From Rhodospirillaceae bacterium (GTDB lineage Bacteria > Pseudomonadota > Alphaproteobacteria > Reyranellales > JAQSWP01), in assembly GCA_040255215.1 (NCBI GenBank), contig JBDZUM010000008.1, positions 1 through 57,496 of the forward strand: DNA of 57,496 nucleotides, given 5' to 3'. Position numbers and translations under genes: made by a program. The notes under the pieces were generated by a model. It saw only the letters and a program-made list of their open reading frames with translations, searched no databases and had not been told where the DNA came from. Shown piece by piece: positions 42,151-51,474 of this stretch (position 1 is its first letter; each line of letters opens with the position of its first letter).

Positions 42151-42729
42151 ATGAAAGGCTATTTCGGCATCGGTGTCGAGCGCGTCAGCAAGGCGATGAA
42201 CGTCGGCGCGCTGTTCCGCACCGCGCATGCGTTCGGCGCCAGTTTCGTGTTCAGCGTCGACGCCCAGTATCCAAGGCGCGAAGGCAAGCAGGCCGACACG
42301 GCCGACAGCACCGCCAGCGTGCCGTTCCACGAATTCGCCTCGGCCCAGGCGCTGCGGCTGCCGGTCGGCTGCAAGCTGGTCGGCATCGAAATCACCGACG
42401 ACGCCATCGAACTGCCGAGCTTCCGCCACCCGCGCCAGGCCGCCTACGTGCTGGGGGCCGAGCGCGAAGGCCTGTCGCCGGCCATGCAGGAGCTGTGCGA
42501 CTACGTGGTGCGCATTCCCATGCGGTTCTCGGTCAATCTGTCGGTGGCAGGGGCGCTGGTCATGTACGACCGGCTGATCTCGCTGGGCCGGCACGCGCCA
42601 CGGCCGGTGGCGCCCGGCGGGCCGCTCGAGGCGCTGCCGGCGCCGGTGTTCGGCGCGCCGCTCTACCAGCGCAAGCGGGCCCGGCGCGCCGCCGAGGCCG
42701 CCCGTCGCACCGGTAAATCGGCCGGCTGA
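42151..42729 (+). CDS. SpoU/TrmH family RNA methyltransferase
   Basis: NVGALFRTA, VLGAEREGL, SVNLSVAG. Confidence 0.9.
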   Translation: MKGYFGIGVERVSKAMNVGALFRTAHAFGASFVFSVDAQYPRREGKQADTADSTASVPFHEFASAQALRLPVGCKLVGIEITDDAIELPSFRHPRQAAYVLGAEREGLSPAMQELCDYVVRIPMRFSVNLSVAGALVMYDRLISLGRHAPRPVAPGGPLEALPAPVFGAPLYQRKRARRAAEAARRTGKSAG

Positions 42730-42776
42730 CGCTGGCGGCTGTGGCGTTGGCGGCAACAAAACGGTAGTTTCTTTAT

Positions 42777-43301
42777 ATGACTATCGCTTGGGGGCGCGCA
42801 GTCACCTGCCTACTAGTTCTGACGATCCTGCCCGCGGCAGCGCCGGCGCAGGATGTCGTCAAGCTTGGCGATTTCGAGGATTGGGCCGCCTATTCATCGG
42901 GCGCCGGCGACAGCAAGGTCTGCTACGTCGTCAGCGAGGCCATGGCGCGCCAGCCGGCGCAGCCCGAGCGGCAGGCCTATGTCTATCTGGCCCACCGCCC
43001 AGGCAAGAAAGCCTACAACGTCGTGATGGTCTATTCCGGCTATCCCTATGCGAGCGACAGCATTGTGCAGGTCGAGATCGGTCGCCAGGAGTTCCGGCTC
43101 TTCACCCATCGCGAAACCGCCTGGACCGCCGACGCCGATACCGACCAGGCCCTGGAACGCGCCATGCGGCTGGGCCGCAAGATGACGGTAAAATCCTCGC
43201 CGGCCGAGGGAAACCCGAGCGTCGACACCTATTCGCTGACCGGCGTCGCCAAGGCCATCGACCGCATCAGCATCGCCTGCCCGCGCGACCGCCGCCGCTG
43301 A
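42777..43301 (+). CDS. Invasion associated locus B (IalB)-like periplasmic protein
   Basis: Signal peptide, FEDW...CY, DTYSLTG...C. Confidence 0.82.
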   Translation: MTIAWGRAVTCLLVLTILPAAAPAQDVVKLGDFEDWAAYSSGAGDSKVCYVVSEAMARQPAQPERQAYVYLAHRPGKKAYNVVMVYSGYPYASDSIVQVEIGRQEFRLFTHRETAWTADADTDQALERAMRLGRKMTVKSSPAEGNPSVDTYSLTGVAKAIDRISIACPRDRRR

Positions 43302-43308
43302 GGCGCCG

Positions 43309-43998
43309 TTACATCACGCGATTTCGGATGATGACCACGGAGGTTGCCTCGACCTCGCGGGCATCGAACAGATCGGCATCGTCCATTTCGCCCGAAACCG
43401 AGACCCGATCGCCGATATCGATCACCGGGGCTTCCGGTCCGCTGGCGTCGCCCAGATCGACGTCGATGGTGCGATAGCCGGTATTGACGGCGATTTCGTC
43501 GCCGTCGATAGACGTCACGGTGCCGGTGAAGGCCACCCATTCGTCGTCTTCCGCGGCGCCAACCAAGGCGGTCTGACCAACGGACGAGGCGTAATAGCCG
43601 TCCTCCTCATCGGCCGGGTTGGCGGAGAAATATTCGTTGCGCCTGGGCACGAAAACCGAACTCGCCTCGATCTTCTTCTTTTCGTAGAGATCGTTGTCGA
43701 CCCGGCCGGTGACGGTCACCCGGTCGCCGTTGCGCAGATAGCCCTGGTCCTTCCAGCCGTAGCCGTCCATCTCGATGTCGATCTGGCCGTCGCCGTATTT
43801 CAGCGTGAACCGGTCGGCCGAGACGGATTGCACGGTGCCCGTCAGGCTGATCCACTCCATGTTGATCGCCTGCTCCACGGTAGCCTTGTCCGTGGCGGCC
43901 GCATTGGAAGCCTTTTCGCGCATGTCATCGGCGATCGCCGGCGCCGTGGCGACGGCAAAAAGGCAGCTGCTGGCAAGGATTGCTGTCAAATATCGCAT
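43309..43998 (-). CDS. Secreted acidic protein with two OB-fold-like repeats (YgiW/YdeI-like)
   Basis: Signal peptide; repeats WISLTGTV...GDRVTVTGRVD and WVAFTGTV...GDRVSVSGEMD. Confidence 0.75.
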   Translation of the reverse strand: MRYLTAILASSCLFAVATAPAIADDMREKASNAAATDKATVEQAINMEWISLTGTVQSVSADRFTLKYGDGQIDIEMDGYGWKDQGYLRNGDRVTVTGRVDNDLYEKKKIEASSVFVPRRNEYFSANPADEEDGYYASSVGQTALVGAAEDDEWVAFTGTVTSIDGDEIAVNTGYRTIDVDLGDASGPEAPVIDIGDRVSVSGEMDDADLFDAREVEATSVVIIRNRVM

Positions 43999-44107
43999 TG
44001 TCGTTACTCCGTCCGCTCAATCTCTGCGTGGTAGTGCCGTATGGGTGGCGCCTTGCGCGCCCGACCGCAGCTGCCCGGCTGGCCGCCGGCGGTCCTATAA
44101 AGGGGCC

Positions 44108-44132
44108 AACACGATGCCCGGTCGATCGTTCC
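44108..44132 (-). promoter_or_regulatory. Candidate sigma-EcfG (general stress response) promoter
   Basis: GGAAC-N16-TGTT on the minus strand, about 110 nt upstream of the OB-fold gene. Confidence 0.55.
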
Positions 44133-44217
44133 GGACGAATTTGCGGCGACGACGGCCCGGTGGGGCGATACCGGAAGCCCATTGCCCGGGCTGCGGGAAG
44201 GGACTATCTCAGGCCCG

Positions 44218-45366
44218 ATGCACGAGCCCATCCAGACCATCCTCGAACCGGTCCGCCGTAACGACACCCGCCGCAATCTGGTCGGGCTGTCGCGGGCCGA
44301 GCTGAAGGCCGAGCTCGTCGAACAGGGTCTGGAGCCGTTCCGCGCCGGCCAGATCTGGCACTGGATCTACTGGCACGGCGTCACAGATTTCGCGCGCATG
44401 AGCAATATCGCGCGCAAGGTGCAGCAGCGCCTGGAGGACCTCTACATCATCGAAAGGCCGCAGACCGTCACCGAGCAGCGTTCGTCCGACGGCACGCGCA
44501 AATGGCTGCTGCGCCTGGCCGACGGCAACGAGGTCGAGAGCGTCTATATCCCCGAGGACGATCGCGGCGCGGTCTGCGTCTCCAGCCAGGTCGGCTGCAC
44601 CCTGACCTGCTCGTTTTGCCATACCGGCACCATGCCGCTGGTGCGCAACCTCGACCCGGCCGAGATCGTCGGCCAGTTCATGGTCGCCCGCGATTCCTAC
44701 GCCGAATGGCCCTCGCCGACCGGCGAATCGCCTCGCCTGCTGAGCAACATCGTGATGATGGGCATGGGCGAGCCGCTCTACAATTTCGACAACGTCGCCA
44801 AGGCGCTGACCATCGTCATGGACGACCAGGGCATCGCCCTGTCGCGCCGGCGCATCACGCTCTCGACCTCGGGCGTCGTGCCGATGATGCAGCGCTGCGG
44901 CGAGGAGCTGAACGTCAACCTGGCCGTCTCCCTGCACGCGGTAAGCGACGAGCTGCGCGACGAGCTGGTGCCGATCAACCGCAAATGGCCGATCGCCGAA
45001 CTGCTCGACGCCTGTCGCGCCTATCCCGGCGCCAAGAACGCCCGCCGCATCACCTTCGAGTACGTCATGTTGAAGGGGCTGAACGATTCGGACGCCGATG
45101 CGCACGAACTGGTGCGCCTGCTGCGCGACATACCGGCCAAGGTCAACCTGATACCGTTCAATCCCTGGCCGGGCGCGCCCTACGAATGCTCCTCGAACAA
45201 CCGCATTCACCGCTTCGCCGAAATCCTCAACCAGGCCAATCTCGCCGCACCCGTCCGCACCCCGCGCGGGCGCGATATTCTGGCGGCCTGCGGTCAGCTG
45301 AAATCCGCCTCGCAGCGCAGCAGACGGACCAGCACAGGGTCGGCCAAGCTGCGGCCGGCGGGTTGA
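44218..45366 (+). CDS. rlmN: 23S rRNA m2A2503/tRNA radical SAM methyltransferase
   Basis: [30 protein letters not shown]. Confidence 0.96.
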   Translation: MHEPIQTILEPVRRNDTRRNLVGLSRAELKAELVEQGLEPFRAGQIWHWIYWHGVTDFARMSNIARKVQQRLEDLYIIERPQTVTEQRSSDGTRKWLLRLADGNEVESVYIPEDDRGAVCVSSQVGCTLTCSFCHTGTMPLVRNLDPAEIVGQFMVARDSYAEWPSPTGESPRLLSNIVMMGMGEPLYNFDNVAKALTIVMDDQGIALSRRRITLSTSGVVPMMQRCGEELNVNLAVSLHAVSDELRDELVPINRKWPIAELLDACRAYPGAKNARRITFEYVMLKGLNDSDADAHELVRLLRDIPAKVNLIPFNPWPGAPYECSSNNRIHRFAEILNQANLAAPVRTPRGRDILAACGQLKSASQRSRRTSTGSAKLRPAG

Positions 45367-45645
45367 GAGCACGTGAGCGGACAGAGCGCGCCACCGCGAC
45401 TTTCTTCCTGTTCACTTCAATGAATCGTCCTAGTGCTTTGACTCTATGCGATTCATTTAGCAATCGAGCAATTTTCGTTTGTTTTCAGAGCGGTATACTA
45501 AAGCGGTATCCGAAAGTGCGATGGTCCTAATACTGCGATGATTCATTGCAGCGCATAAAGTTGCCGTGCTTTTATCGGGTGTGGGGTTAAACCATCAGTC
45601 GCGTACGCGTTTAAGAAATACAATTCTACGGACAGGGAGACTCGG

Positions 45646-46134
45646 GTGCAAAAAGGCATCCCGGACGGCGTAACGACGCCGATCGAAGACACCGGCTCGC
45701 GTCAGCGCAGCGCCGGCGATCGGTTTCGCGCCATGAGCGAGGCTGCGGCTACGGCCCGGCTCGGCAACATGTCTGCGCTCGACCCCAGCTTGGTGGTGCG
45801 TGCGCTCGAGGAAGCGACATCGCGCATGAAGCAGGAATTCCTGTGCGCGCTGGCCGACCGCCTCGTTGAAATCCTGATGGGCGAGCGCTTTCCGGCCGCA
45901 ACGGCCCTGGCGCTCGCGCACGCGAATCCGTCGCTGCTTGAAGCAGTGCGGGGCGACATGCCGCAGGTGGTGGCCATGGCCAACGCCGCGCGGCTGTTCA
46001 ACGGCCAGCATCTGGTCGAGAACGCCCCGACCCCGGAACAGATTATATCGGCCGAAATCCCCGGCGTGACCGACAGCAAGCATTGGGCTGCGCTGCAGGG
46101 CATTCCGACGGATGGCTCGATGCCGCCCAATTAA
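45646..46134 (+). CDS. Hypothetical helical protein directly upstream of luxR
   Basis: AGGGAG SD then GTG; GC content rises at the start; stop is 25 nt before luxR. Confidence 0.7.
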   Translation: MQKGIPDGVTTPIEDTGSRQRSAGDRFRAMSEAAATARLGNMSALDPSLVVRALEEATSRMKQEFLCALADRLVEILMGERFPAATALALAHANPSLLEAVRGDMPQVVAMANAARLFNGQHLVENAPTPEQIISAEIPGVTDSKHWAALQGIPTDGSMPPN

Positions 46135-46159
46135 CGGCACGGGCAAAGGAGTCCGCGCG

Positions 46160-46873
46160 ATGTCGATTGAAACCGCAGCCTTCTCGTTCGTCGAGCAGAT
46201 CGCCGACTGCAACGATGCCGACCGCATCGCCAGGCAGTTCCGCTCGCTGCTGGAGGGGATGGGGTACGATCGTATCCTGGTATCCGACCTCAAGGATCCG
46301 GTTGGGACGCAGCCGCAGAAGCTCGTCACCTGGCCGGACATGTGGCGCCAGCGCTATCGCGAGAAGGGCTATTTCTATCGCGATCCGGTGGTGTTCGACA
46401 CCTTGCACCGCACCGATCCGTTCACCTGGGCCGAATCGCTCGACCGGCACAATTCGCCGTTCGCCGAGCGCTTCTACGACGAGGCGCGCGATTTCGGCAT
46501 GCGTCATGGCTACGTGATCCCGATCCACGGCGCCCGCCGCTACCGCGGCATCGTCACCGTGGCCGGCGAGCACGTCGCGCTCGACTCGCGCAGCAAGGCC
46601 GCCATCCACCTGATGGCGATCTACTGCCACGACAAGCTCTCCCGTCTGCGGCAGAACGAGGAGACCGGCGAGCGCAAGAAGCTGACGCCGCGCGAGCGCG
46701 AATGCCTGCACTGGGCGGCCGTGGGCAAGACCGACGACGAAATCGCCTCGATCCTGACCATCAGCTCGACCACGGCGCACTGGCACATCGAGAACGCCAA
46801 GCGCAAGTTCGACGTCGCCACCCGCGTCCAGGCCGTTCTGGCCGCTTTCCGGGCCGGCGAACTGAACATCTGA
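46160..46873 (+). CDS. luxR: LuxR-family AHL-responsive regulator
   Basis: Autoinducer domain W...Y...DP...W...G; HTH LTPRERECLHWAAVGKT; AAGGAG SD. Confidence 0.93.
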   Translation: MSIETAAFSFVEQIADCNDADRIARQFRSLLEGMGYDRILVSDLKDPVGTQPQKLVTWPDMWRQRYREKGYFYRDPVVFDTLHRTDPFTWAESLDRHNSPFAERFYDEARDFGMRHGYVIPIHGARRYRGIVTVAGEHVALDSRSKAAIHLMAIYCHDKLSRLRQNEETGERKKLTPRERECLHWAAVGKTDDEIASILTISSTTAHWHIENAKRKFDVATRVQAVLAAFRAGELNI

Positions 46874-46907
46874 GAACAAAAACCCGACCGGTTACCCCGG
46901 CACCTCG

Positions 46908-46937
46908 AACCCGGCCTTTTGGCCGGGTTTTTTATTT
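46908..46937 (+). terminator. Rho-independent terminator after luxR
   Basis: AACCCGGCC-TTTT-GGCCGGGTT then a T tract. Confidence 0.88.
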
Positions 46938-47047
46938 GTTTTCAGATATTTATCGGGTGATTACTGGCAGTTCTTTATAAAAACTTATAAAGATCTTGTA
47001 GTCCATTGATTCGAAACAATTTTTCTTGTCTCTATTATTCGGTATAT

Positions 47048-47067
47048 CCCCCTCTGATCGGCGGGGT
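47048..47067 (+). promoter_or_regulatory. Candidate lux-type box for luxI
   Basis: 20-bp imperfect palindrome CCCCCTCTGATCGGCGGGGT centred on GATC, about 33 nt before a CTATCT -10-like hexamer. Confidence 0.6.
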
Positions 47068-47123
47068 GTGCGCAACCCCATCTCATCCCACTATCTGGCC
47101 AACCAAACACGGGGTGTGTGGAA

Positions 47124-47789
47124 ATGATTGAGGTCGTTACCAAGGACAACGCCCATCTCTACGGCGAAGCGCTCGAAGAGATGTTCCGGCTGCGTCATGA
47201 AATCTACGTCAAGGAGCGCAACTGGGTCGATCTCGACCGCGGCGACGGGCTGGAGAAGGACCAGTTCGATGGCCCGGACGCGACCTACCTGATCGCGCTG
47301 GATGAAAACCGGGTCAGCGGCTGCGTGCGCCTGCTGCCCACCACGGGAGCCCATCTGCTGGGCGACGTCTTCCCGCATCTGTGCGAGGCCCAGCCGGTGC
47401 CGCGCAGCGAGGACGTCTACGAAATCACCCGGCTGTGCGCCCATCGCGACTATCGCCTGCCCGGCCAGGGCGGCGTGCTCGACAAGCTGGTCTGCGGCCT
47501 GTTCGAACATGCGCTGGCGCTGGGCCTGCGGCACATGAGCATGGTCACCGACGCCTTCCTCGTCGCCAAGGCGCTGCAGTTCGGCTGGAAGCTGCGGCCG
47601 CTGGGCCTGCCGACGCCGTATCGCGAGGGCACCTGCATCGCCGGCCTCGTCACCGTCGACCACGCGACGCTGGAAGGCTTCTATCGCACTGCCGGGATCA
47701 CCGGCCCGGTCCTGAACTACGTCGGCATCCCCAAGCCGTCGGTGGATCTGCCGGGCGAACATGTGGAGCGTCCCGCCAGCCTGCACTGA
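47124..47789 (+). CDS. luxI: Acyl-homoserine-lactone synthase
   Basis: FRLRHEIYVKERNW, EKDQFD, RLLPT, YEITR, GWKLRPLGLP. Confidence 0.93.
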   Translation: MIEVVTKDNAHLYGEALEEMFRLRHEIYVKERNWVDLDRGDGLEKDQFDGPDATYLIALDENRVSGCVRLLPTTGAHLLGDVFPHLCEAQPVPRSEDVYEITRLCAHRDYRLPGQGGVLDKLVCGLFEHALALGLRHMSMVTDAFLVAKALQFGWKLRPLGLPTPYREGTCIAGLVTVDHATLEGFYRTAGITGPVLNYVGIPKPSVDLPGEHVERPASLH

Positions 47790-47820
47790 GTTCAACACTC
47801 CCTGCCGTCCAAACTAGACC

Positions 47821-47855
47821 CCGGCCAGGACAGTTTTCCTGGCCGGTTTTCTTTT
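47821..47855 (+). terminator. Rho-independent terminator after luxI
   Basis: CCGGCCAGGA/TCCTGGCCGG stem then TTTTCTTTT. Confidence 0.88.
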
Positions 47856-47864
47856 GTGCGGCGT

Positions 47865-48908
47865 TCAGGCGCGGGCGAAGACGAAGAGCTTGGCGAGATA
47901 GGCGAGGCGCGTTTCCAGCGGCTGCAGCCCATGGGCGGCGAATAGCGCCGCCACGTCCATGCGCACGTAGTCGGCGTAGTAAGGTTCGTGGAAGTGGTGC
48001 GGGAAGAGATCGAGCAGCCCGTCCCAGCCGGGCCGGTCGCCGAGCTGCAGCGAATCGAGCAGATGGATCTGCCCGTCAGGCTTCAGCACCCGCGCCATCT
48101 CCGCCACGACGCGCACGCGCACCGGCGGCGGCAATTCGTGGAACAGGAAGCTGCAGACGATGGCGTCCTGCGAGGCGTCGGGCAGCGGCAACGCCTCGGC
48201 CGCACCCGCCAGCAGCCGCAGCCGTCGCGATCGTCCCAGCCGCCTGCGCGCTTCGGTGAGATAGGGCTCCGACAGATCGACGCCGCACAGGGTGAGACCC
48301 GGCCAGTTGCGCCTGATGGCGCCCAGCAGGCTGCCGGTGCCGCAGCCGACGTCGAGCACGCAGGCCTGGCGTGTATTGCGATGACGCAGGAACGCAGCCA
48401 GCGGCGCCAGGATCTGCCGCCGCATGGCATCGGCGGCGCCGGTGAACAGCGTCTCGACCTGCAGGTCGTAGAGCCGCGCCGACTGCTCGGTGAGATAGCC
48501 GCCGCTCTGGTAGTGGAAGTTCTGGCGGAAATAGCGCGGCAGTTCGGCGAAGCGCGGATCTTCCGCGGTTTCGTCGGCCGCCAGACCGTGGCGACGACGA
48601 TCGACCCTGGGCAGATCGCGGAAATAGGCGCGGCTGCGCGCCAGATGCCGCAACGGTGCGGTCGGCACCGCGACCGGCGGCTCGTACAGTCCCGCGGCCA
48701 CATTGCGCCAGTCGCGCCGGAAGAGATCGAGCAGGGCGGCGGCAAGCTCCCGGCGGTCGGGAATCGGGCCTATTGGACCCGCCGGGCGCGGCAGCGATTT
48801 CAACAGGCGACGGCCGGCGATGTAGTGCCCGGCGAACCAGGCTACGCGCGCGGCCTGCCCGGCGCCGTAGATCAGCCCGTCGAGGGCGGTCGGCGGCCGG
48901 TTGCTCAA
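47865..48908 (-). CDS. Class I SAM-dependent methyltransferase (UbiE-like)
   Basis: QNFHYQSGGYL, VLDVGCGTG, FLFHELP; TTG start overlapping the upstream stop. Confidence 0.88.
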   Translation of the reverse strand: MSNRPPTALDGLIYGAGQAARVAWFAGHYIAGRRLLKSLPRPAGPIGPIPDRRELAAALLDLFRRDWRNVAAGLYEPPVAVPTAPLRHLARSRAYFRDLPRVDRRRHGLAADETAEDPRFAELPRYFRQNFHYQSGGYLTEQSARLYDLQVETLFTGAADAMRRQILAPLAAFLRHRNTRQACVLDVGCGTGSLLGAIRRNWPGLTLCGVDLSEPYLTEARRRLGRSRRLRLLAGAAEALPLPDASQDAIVCSFLFHELPPPVRVRVVAEMARVLKPDGQIHLLDSLQLGDRPGWDGLLDLFPHHFHEPYYADYVRMDVAALFAAHGLQPLETRLAYLAKLFVFARA

Positions 48909-49411
48909 TGCGAGGGGCTGACCCTGATGTTGACGCCGGCCTCGGCCAGGCGCTGGCTGATATCGAGTTCGCCGCTGGCGAATTTCTGCAGCTCCTCGAT
49001 CGTCAGCGTGCCCAGCACGCAGGTACTGCGGTAGAAGCCGATCAGGCTGTCGGATTCGCCGTTGGCCAGCTGCTTCTGCGCCTTGATGAACGGCCGGCAG
49101 ACGATGCCGTTGGGCAGATGCACCGCCGTCTCGCCCTCGTTGCTGATCCAGCGGCCGCCCTGCAGCCGGCACAGGCAGTCGCCGACGAAGGCGGCGGCGA
49201 GCTGCGCCATCTGGCGCGTCTCCTCGTCGGTCGCCGCCTTGCGGGCATGGCTGATCCACAGCGAGATCTGCTCGATGGATTCCTCGTTGTAGTCGAAATC
49301 CGGTTCGCCGCTCTTGTGCATCAGCTGCACCAGCACCTGCGCCAGGCGCGGCGGCACGCTGGGATCGATATTGGTCGGCACGGTGCCACTCGTCTCGGCG
49401 TTCTGGACCAT
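48905..49411 (-). CDS. Hypothetical protein (DUF3806-like)
   Basis: FDYNEESI, AAFVGDCL...GRW, PFIKAQKQ; GAGG SD. Confidence 0.65.
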   Translation of the reverse strand: MVQNAETSGTVPTNIDPSVPPRLAQVLVQLMHKSGEPDFDYNEESIEQISLWISHARKAATDEETRQMAQLAAAFVGDCLCRLQGGRWISNEGETAVHLPNGIVCRPFIKAQKQLANGESDSLIGFYRSTCVLGTLTIEELQKFASGELDISQRLAEAGVNIRVSPSH

Positions 49412-49550
49412 GGTTTCCTCTCCGGTTCCCTGCCAGGAACAGTCCACCATTGCCGATGGTACAGGCTGAGGCGGCAATTGTAAGGCCCGCAGCGCCCATG
49501 TCGCCCGATTTCGGCCCGATTCCGGCCGGTTAGCGGGTGCAGCACCCGGC

Positions 49551-49578
49551 TTGCCCCCGGCCGCTCGACGACTATACT
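49551..49578 (+). promoter_or_regulatory. Candidate sigma70 promoter of argG
   Basis: TTGCCC-N16-TATACT. Confidence 0.5.
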
Positions 49579-49608
49579 CCGCGCCGATTTCAAGCCCCGG
49601 AGAATGCG

Positions 49609-50829
49609 ATGCAACGCGGCGACGTGAAGAAGGTTGTGCTGGCCTATTCGGGCGGACTTGACACCTCCGTCATCCTGAAATGGCTGCAAAGCACCTATGG
49701 CTGCGAGGTCGTCACCTTCACCGCCGATCTCGGCCAGGGCGAAGAGCTGGCGCCGGCCCGCAAGAAGGCGGAGATGCTGGGCATCAAGCCCGAGAACATC
49801 TTCATCGACGATCTGCGCGAGGAATTCGTCCGCGACTTCGTCTTCCCGGTGTTCCGCGCCAACGCCCTCTACGAGGGCCAGTACCTGCTCGGCACGTCGA
49901 TCGCCCGGCCGCTGATCTCCAAGCGCCAGATCGAAATCGCCAAGCTGACCGGCGCCGATGCGGTCGCGCACGGCGCGACGGGCAAGGGCAACGACCAGGT
50001 GCGCTTCGAACTCGGCTACTACGCGCTGAAGCCCGACATCAAGATCATCGCGCCGTGGCGCGAATGGGACCTGACCTCGCGCACCAAGCTCATCGAGTTC
50101 GCCGAGAAGCACCAGATCCCGATCGCCAAGGACAAGCGCGGCGAGGCGCCGTTCTCGGTCGACGCCAATCTTCTGCACTCCTCGTCGGAGGGCAAGGTGC
50201 TGGAGGATCCGTGGGAGGAGCCCGACGAATCGGTCTACCAGCGCACGATCTCGCCCGAGGCGGCGCCGGACAAGCCGACCTATATCGAGATCGAATTCGC
50301 CAAAGGCGATCCCATCGCCATTGACGGCGAGAAGATGTCGCCGGCCACCTTGCTGGCGAAGCTCAACGAGCTGGGCGCCGCCAACGGCATCGGCCGGCTT
50401 GATCTCGTCGAGAACCGCTTCGTCGGCATGAAGAGCCGCGGCGTCTACGAGACGCCGGGCGGCACCATCCTGCACCACGCCCATCGCGGCATCGAAAGCA
50501 TCACGCTCGACCGCGGCGCCATGCATCTCAAGGAAGAGCTGATGCCGCGCTACGCCGAGCTGGTCTACTACGGCTTCTGGTTCGCGCCCGAGCGGGAGAT
50601 GCTGCAGGCGCTGATCGACAAGAGCCAGGAGCGGGTCGAGGGCACGGTGCGGCTGAAGCTCTACAAGGGCAACGCCACCGTGGTCGGCCGCAAGTCGCCG
50701 CAGAGCCTCTACAGCATGAAGCACGTCACGTTCGAGGAGGACGCCGGCGCCTACGACCAGAAGGACGCGGCCGGCTTCATCAAGCTCAACGCCCTGCGCC
50801 TGCGCCTGCTCAAGACCGTGCGCGGCTGA
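49609..50829 (+). CDS. argG: Argininosuccinate synthase
   Basis: [33 protein letters not shown]. Confidence 0.97.
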   Translation: MQRGDVKKVVLAYSGGLDTSVILKWLQSTYGCEVVTFTADLGQGEELAPARKKAEMLGIKPENIFIDDLREEFVRDFVFPVFRANALYEGQYLLGTSIARPLISKRQIEIAKLTGADAVAHGATGKGNDQVRFELGYYALKPDIKIIAPWREWDLTSRTKLIEFAEKHQIPIAKDKRGEAPFSVDANLLHSSSEGKVLEDPWEEPDESVYQRTISPEAAPDKPTYIEIEFAKGDPIAIDGEKMSPATLLAKLNELGAANGIGRLDLVENRFVGMKSRGVYETPGGTILHHAHRGIESITLDRGAMHLKEELMPRYAELVYYGFWFAPEREMLQALIDKSQERVEGTVRLKLYKGNATVVGRKSPQSLYSMKHVTFEEDAGAYDQKDAAGFIKLNALRLRLLKTVRG

Positions 50830-50838
50830 CGCCACGCG

Positions 50839-51474
50839 ATGAGCGAACAGCCGCAGGACCGCCAGCCGATCCTCAACCTGCCGCCGGCGACGGCGGCGGT
50901 CGGCGTGGCGCTGCTCGCCATCCACGTGCTGCGGCAATTCCTCGACATCCCGGCCGACAACTGGCTGATCCTGAATTTCGGCGTGACGCCGGCCTACTGG
51001 GCCGCCGGCCCGGGCGCGCTCGACCTGCTCGCTCTGGTCGCGCACATGCTGCTGCACGGCAGCTGGCCGCATCTGGTGTTCAACCTTGCCGCCCTGCTCG
51101 CTTTCGGCACGGGCATCGAACGCATGCTGGGCGCGGGGCGGATGCTGTTCGCTCTGCTGGCCGGCGGCGTCGCCGGTGCCGTCCTGCATGTCGCCGTCTA
51201 TTTCGGGGACCCGACGCCAGTCGTCGGCGCCTCGGGCGGGCTGTCGGCGCTGTTCGGCCTGACCATGTTCGCCATCGCCATGCGCACCGGCGGCTGGCCG
51301 CGGCTGGCGGCGATAACGGCAATCTGGCTGGGCATGAACCTCGCCATCGGCCTGATCGGCGTGCCGGGCGACGCCGGCGCCGGCATCGCCTGGGTGGCCC
51401 ATATGGGCGGGTATTTCTTCGGTCTGGCATACGGCTACTGGCTGATGCGCCGGGCGCTGCGCCGGCGCCAATGA
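50839..51474 (+). CDS. Rhomboid intramembrane serine protease
   Basis: HxxxxHLVFN, GASG, AHMGG. Confidence 0.92.
   Translation: MSEQPQDRQPILNLPPATAAVGVALLAIHVLRQFLDIPADNWLILNFGVTPAYWAAGPGALDLLALVAHMLLHGSWPHLVFNLAALLAFGTGIERMLGAGRMLFALLAGGVAGAVLHVAVYFGDPTPVVGASGGLSALFGLTMFAIAMRTGGWPRLAAITAIWLGMNLAIGLIGVPGDAGAGIAWVAHMGGYFFGLAYGYWLMRRALRRRQ

Noticed and set aside
45380-49500. QS region as an integrative mobile element
   Set aside because: No integrase, transposase, tRNA or flanking direct repeats seen; coding codon usage is host-like
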